The position numbers were made by a program, and so were the translations under genes. This document shows, piece after piece, positions 9,025 through 19,039 of a stretch of DNA of 64,000 nt (position 1 is its first letter; each line of letters opens with the position of its first letter). Location: positions 1,440 through 65,439 of the forward strand of contig JBDHTJ010000002.1 in NCBI GenBank assembly GCA_039808585.1, written 5' to 3'. This DNA comes from Hyphomicrobiaceae bacterium (GTDB lineage: Bacteria; Pseudomonadota; Alphaproteobacteria; Rhizobiales; Hyphomicrobiaceae). The notes beneath the pieces are model-generated. The model was given only the letters and a program-made list of their open reading frames with translations, searched no databases and was not told the origin of the DNA.

Positions 9025-11541
9025 TTACTCCGCCGCCGATTGCATGGCGCGGGCGTTGTGGCCCGCCGTCATGTAGTTCGGCCGAACCTCCGCCGGATCG
9101 AAATGATCCACCGCGATCACCTTGGCCGTAAGCCTCTCCAGTTCGCGCAGCTGATCGGCTTCCGCCTCTGTGATGACACCGGCTTTCGCTGCCTCGCCGA
9201 ACCAGTCGGTGCCATGCACCCGATGCACCTTGCCGGCACGCACGGCGCGGTCGAGCTTCTTCTCGATGGCCTCCGCTGCGACAGCCTTCTGGAACGTCAC
9301 CTCGAGCAGGCCAGTGGGATCGTTGACGTCGTTCGAGATGTAGATGAGCCGCGTCAGGCGATCGCGTGCCTCGCCCGGAACAAGCACCATCTCGGCCGCC
9401 TTGTGCCCCAGCCAATCGGGAGCCGGGCGATAGGGTGCCCCGAATGGGAACACCACCACCTTCATCAGCCAGCGTACCGGCGTCACGGGGAAGTTCTCCA
9501 CCACCCCGCGCATGGCCTCCTGGAAGCGATAGAGACCGTTGTGCGCCGCCAGCGCCACGATCAGGCGGTCATTCGAGGGCTTGCCGTCGTCCTCGTAGCG
9601 CTTGAGCGTGCAGCACAGCAGGTACAGCTCCGACAGCGCATCCGCGAGGCGCCCGGTGATCTTCTGTTTGGTCTTGAGCCCACCTCCGAGAACCGCCACG
9701 GTAAGGTCGGCGACGAAGGCGAAGTTGCGCGAAGCCCGCCAGATCTGGCGATACCACTCCGCCGTCCCGTAGGCCTTTTCCGGCACCCGGCCGAACACGC
9801 CTCCCGTGACGTTGTGGAAAAAGGCACCAAACGTGTTCGAGAGCGAGAAGGCAACGTGCCCGCCGAAGGCCTTGTCGAAAGCCATGAGGCCGCGCTCGCT
9901 GTTGCTATCCTGGGCCGCCTGCACTTCCTTGTAGAGGAACGGATGCGAGCGCAGCGCCCCTTGCGCGAACGTGATCAGCGAGCGCGTGAGGATGTTTGCG
10001 CCTTCCACTGTGATTGCCACCGGCATCGCCTGGTAGGCCGGCATGATGTAGTTCGACGGGCCATCGCAGATCGCCTTGCCGCCATGCAGATCCATGGCGT
10101 CATTGAGCGAGCGGCGCATGCGCTCGGTGGACTGGTACTTCATGATGGCCGAGATCACCGAGGGCTTCTCGCCGCGGCTGACCATCGACGCAGTGACCGC
10201 GCGTGCCGCCTCGTTCACGTAGGCATTCTCGACCATGCGCGCGAGTGGCTCCTGCAGGCCCTCCATGCGTCCGATGGGCAGGTCGAACTGCTTGCGGATG
10301 CGCGCATAAGCCGAAGACGTGCGCAGCAGCGACTTGGCACCGGCAGCACCCGACGACGGCAGCGAAATGGCGCGTCCGGCAGCAAGGCATTCCATGAGCA
10401 TGCGCCAGCCCTGGCCCACCATCTTCTCGCCACCGATCACCCAATCGATCGGGATGAAGACATCCTTGCCCCAGTTCGGTCCATTCGGGAACGCTGCACC
10501 CGAGGGCAGGTGCCGCCGCCCAATGTTGACGCCCGGGTGGTTCGCGGGGATCAGCGCCACGGTAATGCCGATATCCGTGCCGCGGCCGAGCATGTTTTCT
10601 GGATCGATCAGGCGGAAAGCGAGGCCCACGAGCGACGCTTGCGGCCCAAGCGTGATGTAACGCTTGTCCCACGAGGTGCGGATGCCAACCACCTCGCGCC
10701 CCTCGTGCATGCCCTTGGTGACGTAGCCCACGTCACGCATTGTTGCCGCGTCCGAACCCGATGTCGGACCGGTCAGCGAGAAGCAAGGCACCTCGAGGCC
10801 CTGCGCCAGGCGCGGGAGGTAATACTCTTTCTGCTCGTGCGTGCCGTACTTCTCGATCAGCTCGCCCGGCCCGAGCGAATTCGGCACCATGACGATGGTG
10901 CACACGTCCGGCGAACGCGAAGCGATCCGGCCAAGGATGATCGACTGGGCCTGTGGCGAGAAGCCGAGCCCGCCGTGTTCCTTCGAGATGAGCATGCCGA
11001 GGAAGCCGTGCTTCTTGGCGAAATCCCAGATGTGATCCGGTATCTCGTGCTTGTTGTGGCGCACTTCCCAGTCGTTGATGATGCGGCAGAACTCGTTCGT
11101 GGGCCCCTCGAGGAAGGCCTTCTCCTCCTCCGAGAGGGTGATCGGCGGCACTGCGCGCAGTTTCTTCCAATCGGGCTTGCCGGAGAAGATCTCCGCGTCG
11201 AAGCCGATGGTGCCTGCGTCCAAGGCTTCCTGCTCGGTCGCCGAGACTTTGGGCAGGTTGCCCTTCACCATGCCGTAGATGGGGCGCGTCAGCGCCGCGC
11301 GACGGATGCCGGGAACGGCGAGTGCAAACAGCACGACCACTGGCACCCAAGCCAGGATCCCGCCGGGCCCGAACTCGGGCTCGTTGAACTCCCCGTGCAG
11401 AAGATCCGTCTGCCAGACGAACACCGCTGCGCCGAGCGCCAGCGCCCATCCAAACAGGGACGTTTCACGCATCGCCAGGGCAAAGACGCCTGCCAAGCAC
11501 AGCAGGATGAATACGATTTCCGCCGCCATCGCTCGCCTCAC
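9025..11541 (-). CDS. fadE: large FadE-type acyl-CoA dehydrogenase with N-terminal membrane segments
   Basis: 838 aa. The hydrophobic N-terminus (IVFILLCLAGVFALA..., WVPVVVLFALAV) is followed by an acyl-CoA dehydrogenase core (FSLTGPTSGSDA, MECLAAGRAISLP). First gene of the fadE / multifunctional / thiolase operon. An alternative start is at 11529. Confidence 0.9.
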   Translation of the reverse strand: MRRAMAAEIVFILLCLAGVFALAMRETSLFGWALALGAAVFVWQTDLLHGEFNEPEFGPGGILAWVPVVVLFALAVPGIRRAALTRPIYGMVKGNLPKVSATEQEALDAGTIGFDAEIFSGKPDWKKLRAVPPITLSEEEKAFLEGPTNEFCRIINDWEVRHNKHEIPDHIWDFAKKHGFLGMLISKEHGGLGFSPQAQSIILGRIASRSPDVCTIVMVPNSLGPGELIEKYGTHEQKEYYLPRLAQGLEVPCFSLTGPTSGSDAATMRDVGYVTKGMHEGREVVGIRTSWDKRYITLGPQASLVGLAFRLIDPENMLGRGTDIGITVALIPANHPGVNIGRRHLPSGAAFPNGPNWGKDVFIPIDWVIGGEKMVGQGWRMLMECLAAGRAISLPSSGAAGAKSLLRTSSAYARIRKQFDLPIGRMEGLQEPLARMVENAYVNEAARAVTASMVSRGEKPSVISAIMKYQSTERMRRSLNDAMDLHGGKAICDGPSNYIMPAYQAMPVAITVEGANILTRSLITFAQGALRSHPFLYKEVQAAQDSNSERGLMAFDKAFGGHVAFSLSNTFGAFFHNVTGGVFGRVPEKAYGTAEWYRQIWRASRNFAFVADLTVAVLGGGLKTKQKITGRLADALSELYLLCCTLKRYEDDGKPSNDRLIVALAAHNGLYRFQEAMRGVVENFPVTPVRWLMKVVVFPFGAPYRPAPDWLGHKAAEMVLVPGEARDRLTRLIYISNDVNDPTGLLEVTFQKAVAAEAIEKKLDRAVRAGKVHRVHGTDWFGEAAKAGVITEAEADQLRELERLTAKVIAVDHFDPAEVRPNYMTAGHNARAMQSAAE

Positions 11542-11595
11542 CAGTTATCGAAAACTTGTCGGAAACCCCGAAAAACGTGGCCCGGACACTATCCA

Positions 11596-11617
11596 AAGTT
11601 GACGTTTACGTCAACTT
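11596..11617. promoter_or_regulatory. perfect 10-2-10 inverted repeat (candidate operator) upstream of fadE
   Basis: AAGTTGACGT-TT-ACGTCAACTT is a perfect palindrome located 55-76 bp upstream of the fadE start, in the only sizeable non-coding stretch 5' of the beta-oxidation operon. Confidence 0.5.
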
Positions 11618-12006
11618 GTCTGGCACCGCACGACCACTGCTGGAGCCGATCGTAAAGCCTAGCACGTTTTGGGATGCGTATACTTCTCGGCCCCGGTTGT
11701 TAACGCAAGAACCGACGCGGCGCCGCTGGCGCAAGCGTGATGATCGAGAAGTCCGTCACATACTTTGCCGCTGGGTTGCGAGACGGACCTCTCGCTCTGA
11801 GGCACACTAGGCTATTGATTTAGCTAGTGTCCTTCAGATCGCGAAATTCATTCACCGCGAGCCGCAGAAGGAGACGAGTTTCGCCATCAGGACAATAGCG
11901 AAAGTATCCTCTGCTCAATGGCTTGTGTCTGGACGCCAGTTGCGCTGGCTCTATATACACACAGCGAGCTTTGGCAGATTCCAGCGCAGGAGAAGCCTCC
12001 TTGACC

Positions 12007-12465
12007 ATGGATCGGAGACAATTCGGGGCCCATGCCTTGGCCTTCGCTGCGGTTCTGCCTACGGGCAATCAAGCGCTTGCCCAGTCGCCCACGGTGCCAC
12101 CTCCCGCCTGGGAAGAGGCGGTGGCCAAGATCCTGAAGGGCACGCAGCCGGTGCCAGGCAAGGGCCTCGTGCTCGACATCCCCGAGATCGCCGAGAACGG
12201 GAATACCGTGCCTTTCACTCTGGTGGCCGAAAGTCCAATGACCGAAGCTGACCACATTAGAGCGCTCCATGTCATATCGACGGGCAATCCACAGCCCGGG
12301 GTTGCGACATTCAAGTTCACACCTGAGTCAGGCAAGGCCTCTGTCAGCAGCCGCATGCGCCTGGGGCGGACGCAGGACGTCATCGTCATTGCAGAACTCA
12401 GCGACGGTCGTTTCATGCAGGCGAAGCGCAACGTCAAAGTGACCATCGGCGGCTGCGGCGGTTAG
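12007..12465 (+). CDS. soxY: thiosulfate-oxidation carrier protein SoxY
   Basis: ATG at 12007 gives the twin-arginine leader MDRRQFGAHALAFAAVL...ALA. The C-terminus ends in the hallmark carrier-arm VTIGGCGG. Confidence 0.85.
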   Translation: MDRRQFGAHALAFAAVLPTGNQALAQSPTVPPPAWEEAVAKILKGTQPVPGKGLVLDIPEIAENGNTVPFTLVAESPMTEADHIRALHVISTGNPQPGVATFKFTPESGKASVSSRMRLGRTQDVIVIAELSDGRFMQAKRNVKVTIGGCGG

Positions 12466-12477
12466 GGAGGCAAGGCC

Positions 12478-12801
12478 ATGCAGAGACCACGCATAAAGCT
12501 TCCCGACAGCGCCAAGGCGGGCGAAGTGATCGAGATCAAGACCTTGATCTCTCACGTTATGGAGACCGGCCAGCGCCGCGACCAGGATGGCAAGCTCATT
12601 CCGCGCATGATCATCAACTCCTTCAGCGTGAAGTTCGCCGGCAAGACCGTGTTTTCTGCCGACCTGCAGCCCGGCATTTCTGCCAACCCCTACATCGCAT
12701 TTTTCATGCGTGTGCCAGGCCCGGGCGAGCTTGAATTCACCTGGGTGGACGACAGCGGCGACAAGAGCGTCGAGAAGGTGAAGCTCAACGTTGTCGCGTG
12801 A
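12478..12801 (+). CDS. soxZ: SoxZ (partner of SoxY)
   Basis: 107 aa, 12 nt after soxY. KLPDSAKAGEVIEIKTLISHVMETGQRRD...INSFSVKFAGKTVFSADLQPGISANPYIAFFMRV matches the SoxZ pattern. Confidence 0.85.
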   Translation: MQRPRIKLPDSAKAGEVIEIKTLISHVMETGQRRDQDGKLIPRMIINSFSVKFAGKTVFSADLQPGISANPYIAFFMRVPGPGELEFTWVDDSGDKSVEKVKLNVVA

Positions 12802-12877
12802 CCCTTTTGCGGCTTGCCGGTGGAAACGGCAGCCATTAACGCTGCCTTTGCTGCTTTGTTGAAGGGGGAGGCCGGCA

Positions 12878-13120
12878 ATGTCCGACGATCCAGTTTGTGC
12901 CCAGAAGAGCCCGTACCAGGTGCCGCTCGAGGAAGGGAAAGCCTATTTCTGGTGCACCTGTGGCCGCTCGCAGAAGCAACCGTTCTGCGATGGCGCGCAC
13001 AAGGGCACATCATTCCAGCCGCATCGTTTCGTGGCCGAATCCACCGGCACGTTCAATCTCTGCGGCTGCAAGTCAACCGACGACAAGCCCTTCTGCGACG
13101 GCACCCATAACGTCATGTGA
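12878..13120 (+). CDS. CDGSH iron-sulfur domain protein (two CDGSH-type motifs)
   Basis: 80 aa with two copies of the C-x-C-x(8)-P-F-C-D-G-x-H motif: CTCGRSQKQPFCDGAH and CGCKSTDDKPFCDGTH. Confidence 0.85.
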   Translation: MSDDPVCAQKSPYQVPLEEGKAYFWCTCGRSQKQPFCDGAHKGTSFQPHRFVAESTGTFNLCGCKSTDDKPFCDGTHNVM

Positions 13121-13246
13121 GGCATGCGGGGGCCCTCAAGGCGCACCTGTTTCCCGATATCCAGCCTTTCCGGGTTGAGCAGGATGTGACGTTGGCATCA
13201 TCTATGCTAGCGTCCGATCCTGTCGGAAAGCCGCCACGGGTCGGGC

Positions 13247-14164
<918 letters not shown>

Positions 14165-14166
14165 CG

Positions 14167-15537
14167 ATGCCCGCGCCCGCCAACTCTTTCGAATTTCTCG
14201 GCGCGGTGCGCGACGCCAGCAAGACCGCCCTTCTCACCCTCGGCCTCTCGGTGCCTCTCCTCGCCTTGCGCACCGAGCAGAACATGTCGAACCAGCTTGT
14301 GCTGCAGCCGCGCTGGGGGCTCGTGGCCATCGCCGTCGCCATCGCATTCGCCGCGCGCTTGGCCTACCTGCTGGCGGCCGCTGCCAATAGTGCGAGACCG
14401 CGGCAGCCTCCGCCGTCCGTCGCAACGGCAGCCGGGAAGCAAGGCGCGCCCTGGGGCCGCATCCTCGGCAGCGCTGCCCTGATCTTCCTGGTGCTCTATC
14501 CCGGCATCGCGCTGCTGCTGACGGGCACCGGCGGCGCCGTGAAGTGGATCGATAACTTCGGCATCCAGATCCTCATCTACATCATGCTGGGCTGGGGCCT
14601 GAACATTGTGGTCGGCCTCGCAGGCCTTCTTGATCTCGGCTACGTCGCCTTTTATGCCGTGGGCGCCTACAGCACCGCGCTCCTCGGCAAGACGTTCGGC
14701 TTGAGCTACTGGATCTGCCTGCCATTGGCGGGCATTCTCGCCGCCTTCTGGGGCATCATCCTGGGCTTTCCGGTGTTGCGCCTGCGAGGCGACTATCTCG
14801 CCATCGTAACGCTGGCTTTTGGCGAGATCATCCGCCTCGTGCTCATCAACTGGGTGCCCGTGACGAACGGCTATGCGGGCATCACCGGCATTCCGCGCCC
14901 CACCTTCTTCGGCCTGCCCTTCAACGCTTCCGACCAGGGCTTCGCGGCGTTCTTCGGTCTAGAATTCACGCCGCTCTACCGGCTCATCTTCCTCTTCTAC
15001 CTGATCCTCGCCCTCGCCCTGCTGACGAACTGGGTGACTTTGCGCCTGCGCCGCCTGCCCGTCGGTCGGGCCTGGGAGGCCTTGCGCGAGGACGAGATCG
15101 CCTGCCGTGCGCTTGGCATCAATACCACGTCCACCAAACTCACCGCCTTCGCCATCGGCGCGGGCTTCGGCGGCTTCGCCGGGTCTTTCTTCGCCGCGCG
15201 CCAGGGCTTCATCAGCCCCGAGTCCTTCACGTTCATGGAAAGCGCCGTCATCCTCGCGATCGTTGTGCTTGGCGGCATGGGCAGCCAGGTCGGCGTCGCC
15301 ATCGCAGCCGTCATCATGATCGGCGGCACGGAAATCCTGCGCGAACTCGACTGGATGAAGCAGATTTTCGGCTCCGGCTTCGATCCCACGCAGTACCGCA
15401 TGCTCCTGTTCGGCCTTGCCATGGTGCTGATCATGATCTGGCGGCCGCGCGGTCTCATTTCCTCCCGCGAGCCGTCGATTTTCCTTCGGGAACGTCGCGC
15501 CGTTTCCGGCGCCCACGTGAGCGAGGGGCACGGTTGA
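14167..15537 (+). CDS. livM: branched-chain amino acid ABC transporter permease LivM
   Basis: ATG at 14167, 3 nt after the livH stop. [19 protein letters not shown]...[20 protein letters not shown] is the LivM core, preceded by a long N-terminal membrane extension. Confidence 0.9.
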   Translation: MPAPANSFEFLGAVRDASKTALLTLGLSVPLLALRTEQNMSNQLVLQPRWGLVAIAVAIAFAARLAYLLAAAANSARPRQPPPSVATAAGKQGAPWGRILGSAALIFLVLYPGIALLLTGTGGAVKWIDNFGIQILIYIMLGWGLNIVVGLAGLLDLGYVAFYAVGAYSTALLGKTFGLSYWICLPLAGILAAFWGIILGFPVLRLRGDYLAIVTLAFGEIIRLVLINWVPVTNGYAGITGIPRPTFFGLPFNASDQGFAAFFGLEFTPLYRLIFLFYLILALALLTNWVTLRLRRLPVGRAWEALREDEIACRALGINTTSTKLTAFAIGAGFGGFAGSFFAARQGFISPESFTFMESAVILAIVVLGGMGSQVGVAIAAVIMIGGTEILRELDWMKQIFGSGFDPTQYRMLLFGLAMVLIMIWRPRGLISSREPSIFLRERRAVSGAHVSEGHG

Positions 15538-16448
15538 TGGCGCAGTCCCAAGCCGACGCCGTGCTCCAGGTGGAGCATCTGTCGATGCGCTTCGGTGGGC
15601 TCACTGCCGTCAGCGACCTTTCCTTCTCTGCGAGGCGCGGCGAGATCACCGCACTCATCGGGCCCAACGGCGCCGGCAAGACGACGGTCTTCAACTGCAT
15701 CACCGGCTTCTACAAACCATCGAGCGGCCGCATCACCATGGTGCTGGGCGGTGCCGCATCCCCCGACGATATCACTAGGCTCACCGCTTCCGGCAAGCGT
15801 CGCATGCGGACACCCGAAGGGGCCATCTTCCTTCTGGAGCGCATGCCCGACTACGAGATCACGGCGCATGCGAAGGTGGCGCGCACGTTCCAGAACATCC
15901 GCCTGTTCCCCGGCATGACCGTGCTCGAGAACCTCGTCGTGGCACAGCACAACAGCCTGATGCGCGCCTCGGGCTACAGCCTGCTCGGCCTGTTCGGTGC
16001 CGCAAGCTACCGTCGTGCGGAGGAGGAAGCGGTCGAGAGGGCGAAACACTGGCTCGACCGCCTGGGCCTCACGCTACGTGCTGACGATGCGGCCGGCTCC
16101 CTGCCCTATGGTGATCAGCGTCGTCTCGAAATCGCGCGCGCCATGTGCACCGAGCCTGCCCTTCTTTGCCTGGACGAGCCGGCGGCAGGCCTCAACCCGC
16201 GCGAATCTGCCGAACTGAAAAGCTTCATCAAGAGCCTGGCCGCTGATCACACCACCTCCGTTCTGCTCATCGAGCACGACATGTCGGTGGTCATGGAGAT
16301 CTCGGACCGCGTCGTCGTTCTCGAGTACGGCATCAAGATTGCCGATGGCACGCCCGACAGCGTCCGCAACGATCCCAAGGTTGTCGCTGCCTACCTCGGT
16401 GTCGAGGACGAACAGGTGGCAGAGGCGGAAGCGGAGTTGGGAGCATGA
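15534..16448 (+). CDS. livG: branched-chain amino acid ABC transporter ATP-binding protein LivG
   Basis: Walker [10 protein letters not shown], signature [14 protein letters not shown], Walker [12 protein letters not shown]. Its start overlaps the livM stop by 4 nt. Confidence 0.9.
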   Translation: MMAQSQADAVLQVEHLSMRFGGLTAVSDLSFSARRGEITALIGPNGAGKTTVFNCITGFYKPSSGRITMVLGGAASPDDITRLTASGKRRMRTPEGAIFLLERMPDYEITAHAKVARTFQNIRLFPGMTVLENLVVAQHNSLMRASGYSLLGLFGAASYRRAEEEAVERAKHWLDRLGLTLRADDAAGSLPYGDQRRLEIARAMCTEPALLCLDEPAAGLNPRESAELKSFIKSLAADHTTSVLLIEHDMSVVMEISDRVVVLEYGIKIADGTPDSVRNDPKVVAAYLGVEDEQVAEAEAELGA

Positions 16449-17164
16449 GCCGCCCGCTGCTCTCCATTGAAGGCGTCACGGCCTTCTACGGCTCGATCCA
16501 GGCCCTCAAGGGCGTGACGATCGAGGTTGCAGAGAAAGAAATCGTCACGCTGATCGGTGCCAACGGTGCCGGCAAGTCGACGCTCATGATGACCATCTTC
16601 GGCGAGCCGCGGGCCCGTGACGGCCGCATTGTTTACGACGGTCGCGACATCACCCGCTATCCCACCCACGAGATCGCGCGCCTGCGAGTTGCCCAGTCTC
16701 CCGAAGGACGCCGCATCTTCCCGCGCATGACCGTGCGTGAGAACCTCCAGATGGGGTCCGAGATCGACGGTGGCACCCACTTCGAAACAGACCTCAAGCG
16801 CGTGTGCGAGTTGTTTCCTATCCTTTCGCGGCGCATCGACCAGCGCGGTGGCACTCTTTCGGGCGGCGAGCAGCAGATGCTCGCCATTGCCCGCGCCTTG
16901 ATGAGCCGTCCCAAGCTCCTTCTCCTGGACGAGCCATCACTGGGCCTTGCACCGCTGATCGTGCGGCAGATCTTCGAGGTGATCGCCGAACTCAATCGCC
17001 AGGGGATGACCGTATTCCTGGTGGAGCAGAACGCCTTCCACGCCCTGAAACTCGCCCACCGTGCCTACGTCATGGTCTCCGGCAGCATAACCATGAGCGG
17101 CACGGGCAGGGAACTTCTGGCCCGGCCCGAAGTGCGGGCGGCCTATCTCGAGGGAGGGCGCTAG
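16445..17164 (+). CDS. livF: branched-chain amino acid ABC transporter ATP-binding protein LivF
   Basis: Walker A GANGAGKST, signature LSGGEQQMLAIARA, Walker B LLLLDEPSLGL. Overlaps the livG stop by 4 nt. Confidence 0.9.
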   Translation: MSRPLLSIEGVTAFYGSIQALKGVTIEVAEKEIVTLIGANGAGKSTLMMTIFGEPRARDGRIVYDGRDITRYPTHEIARLRVAQSPEGRRIFPRMTVRENLQMGSEIDGGTHFETDLKRVCELFPILSRRIDQRGGTLSGGEQQMLAIARALMSRPKLLLLDEPSLGLAPLIVRQIFEVIAELNRQGMTVFLVEQNAFHALKLAHRAYVMVSGSITMSGTGRELLARPEVRAAYLEGGR

Positions 17165-17166
17165 CG

Positions 17167-17514
17167 ATGTCGATGCTGCTTTCCATCCTCAAGGACCAAA
17201 TGGCCTTCATCCTCGTCACCGTGCTGATGGGGGGGGCAGCGGCCTACGCCACGGGCAAGGCCATCGCGCAGACCTGGCGACCCTACTGGCATGTCCCCGT
17301 CTACATGCTGGGGATGGCAGCCGTGACGCGCTTCTGTCACTTCGCTCTGTTCGAGGAGCGGCTGCTCGATATCCCAGGCTACCTCATTGAATTCGCAGTG
17401 CTCCTCATCGCGTCCGCGGCAGGATACAGGCTCATGCGGGCACACCAGATGGCATCGCAGTATGGCTGGCTGTACGAGGCTGCCGGCCATCTCGGCTGGC
17501 GCAAGCGCTCTTGA
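17167..17514 (+). CDS. small integral membrane protein embedded in the liv operon
   Basis: ATG at 17167, 3 nt after the livF stop. 115 aa with predicted TM helices (MAFILVTVLMGGAAAYA, VYMLGMAAV, FAVLLIASAAGY). No recognisable catalytic motif. Confidence 0.6.
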   Translation: MSMLLSILKDQMAFILVTVLMGGAAAYATGKAIAQTWRPYWHVPVYMLGMAAVTRFCHFALFEERLLDIPGYLIEFAVLLIASAAGYRLMRAHQMASQYGWLYEAAGHLGWRKRS

Positions 17515-17667
17515 TAATGCCCGTGCACGCATTAGCGAAAGACGTGACACGGCCTCAGTTTCGTTGGAAAATCTCTTTAGTGGCCCGTGGCTGGTCCAAG
17601 TCTCGGAGCTGTTCCGATTTTCGTTAGCCGCATAGCAGTCGCCATTGGGTAGACAAGGAGCCCGTGA

Positions 17668-18786
17668 ATGACGAACAAGGTGTTATCAGCAGCGGTACTC
17701 GCAGCGGGGCTCTTCGCCTCGCAGGGTGCTTATGCGCAGGTCAAGCTCGGCGTCGCCGGCCCGCTCACGGGCGGCAGCGCAGCATTCGGCGCTCAGCTCA
17801 AGAACGGTGTCGAGCAGGCGGTCGAGGACATCAACGCGGCTGGCGGCATCATGGGCCAGAAGATCACGCTGAGCGTGGGCGACGATCGCGCCGATCCCAA
17901 GGAAGGCGTGTCGGTGGCCAACAAGTTCGTCGGTGACGGCGTCAAGTTCGTCGTCGGCCACTTCAACTCCGGCGTCACGATCCCGTCCTCGGAAGTGTTC
18001 CAGGAGAACGGCATCCTGCAAATTACGCCGGCTGCCACAAACCCCAAGGTCACCGAGCGCGGTATGTGGAACATCTTCCGCACCTGCGGTCGCGACGATC
18101 AGCAGGGTGCCGTGGCCGCCGCCTACCTGGTCAAGAACTACAAGGACAAGAAGATCGCCATCGTTCACGACAAGACCACCTACGGAAAGGGCCTTGCCGA
18201 CGAGACGCAGAAGGCGATCAACGCCGGCGGCGTAAAGGAAGTTCTCTATGAGGGCGTGAACACGGGCGAGAAGGACTATTCGGCGCTCGTCTCCAAGATC
18301 AAGGCGTCGGGAGCCGCAATCGTCTATTGGGGCGGCCTGCATGACACCGGTGGCCTGATCCTGCGCCAGATGAAGGACCAGGGCCTCAGCATTCCGCTGA
18401 TGGGCGGCGACGGCATCGCCGACGACGAATTCGCCACCATCGCCGGCCCCGGCGCCGAAGGCAGCCTGATGACCTTCCCGCCCGATCCGCGCAAGCGTCC
18501 GGAAGCCAAGGCCATCGTCGAGAAATTCCGCACCGCCCGCAAGTTCGAGCCGCAAGCCTATACGCTCTACTCGTATGCGGCCGTGGAGATCTTCAAGCAG
18601 GCAGCCGAGGAGGCCAAGAGCCTCGACCCCAAGAAGGTTGCCGAGGTGATGCGCTCGGGCAAGTCCTTCAAGACGGTGATCGGCGACATCTCCTACGACA
18701 AGAAGGGTGATATCACCCGCTCTGACTATGTCGTCTACACCTGGAAGAAGGGCGCCGACGGCAAGATCTCCTACGTCGAGAACTGA
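17668..18786 (+). CDS. branched-chain amino acid ABC transporter substrate-binding protein (LivJ/K, BraC-like)
   Basis: 372 aa. Signal peptide ending in YAQ, followed by VKLGVAGPLTGGSAAFGAQLKNGVEQAVEDINAAGG...VVGHFNSG, the type-I periplasmic binding fold pattern. Confidence 0.9.
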   Translation: MTNKVLSAAVLAAGLFASQGAYAQVKLGVAGPLTGGSAAFGAQLKNGVEQAVEDINAAGGIMGQKITLSVGDDRADPKEGVSVANKFVGDGVKFVVGHFNSGVTIPSSEVFQENGILQITPAATNPKVTERGMWNIFRTCGRDDQQGAVAAAYLVKNYKDKKIAIVHDKTTYGKGLADETQKAINAGGVKEVLYEGVNTGEKDYSALVSKIKASGAAIVYWGGLHDTGGLILRQMKDQGLSIPLMGGDGIADDEFATIAGPGAEGSLMTFPPDPRKRPEAKAIVEKFRTARKFEPQAYTLYSYAAVEIFKQAAEEAKSLDPKKVAEVMRSGKSFKTVIGDISYDKKGDITRSDYVVYTWKKGADGKISYVEN

Positions 18787-18808
18787 GCCACTTCCGGATC
18801 GCAATCGG

Positions 18809-18836
18809 AAAAAGCCCTGCTCGCGCGGGGCTTTTT
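18809..18836 (+). terminator. rho-independent terminator after the liv operon
   Basis: AAAAAGCCCTGC-TCGC-GCGGGGCTTTTT: a GC-rich stem followed by a T5 run, 23 nt after the SBP stop. Confidence 0.6.
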
Positions 18837-19039
18837 CTGTTTCATGGGCACGCCCTCCGGCGCCTCCGCATGCGGCGCCTGGCATGAGTTCAAGCGCAGC
18901 CCGACGCGCGCATCAACCACCAGTTAACCTTTCCCGGTCCATAACATCAGGCTGGAAAGACCCGGAAAATGCCATGTTCCCGGGTTATGCGTTTGGGACT
19001 GTCCCGCCAAGTAGGTGCGTCAGACGGGGGTCTAAGGAC

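Noticed and set aside
9040-11655. 871-aa + strand ORF, the longest in the window after gyrA
   Set aside because: It is exactly antisense to the FadE-type gene. Its composition is Arg/His/Asp/Leu-rich with no recognisable family motifs, while the minus frame shows clear acyl-CoA dehydrogenase motifs. This is a typical shadow ORF in high-GC DNA.
17686-18885. 399-aa minus ORF
   Set aside because: Antisense to the amino-acid binding protein gene, with no family signal.
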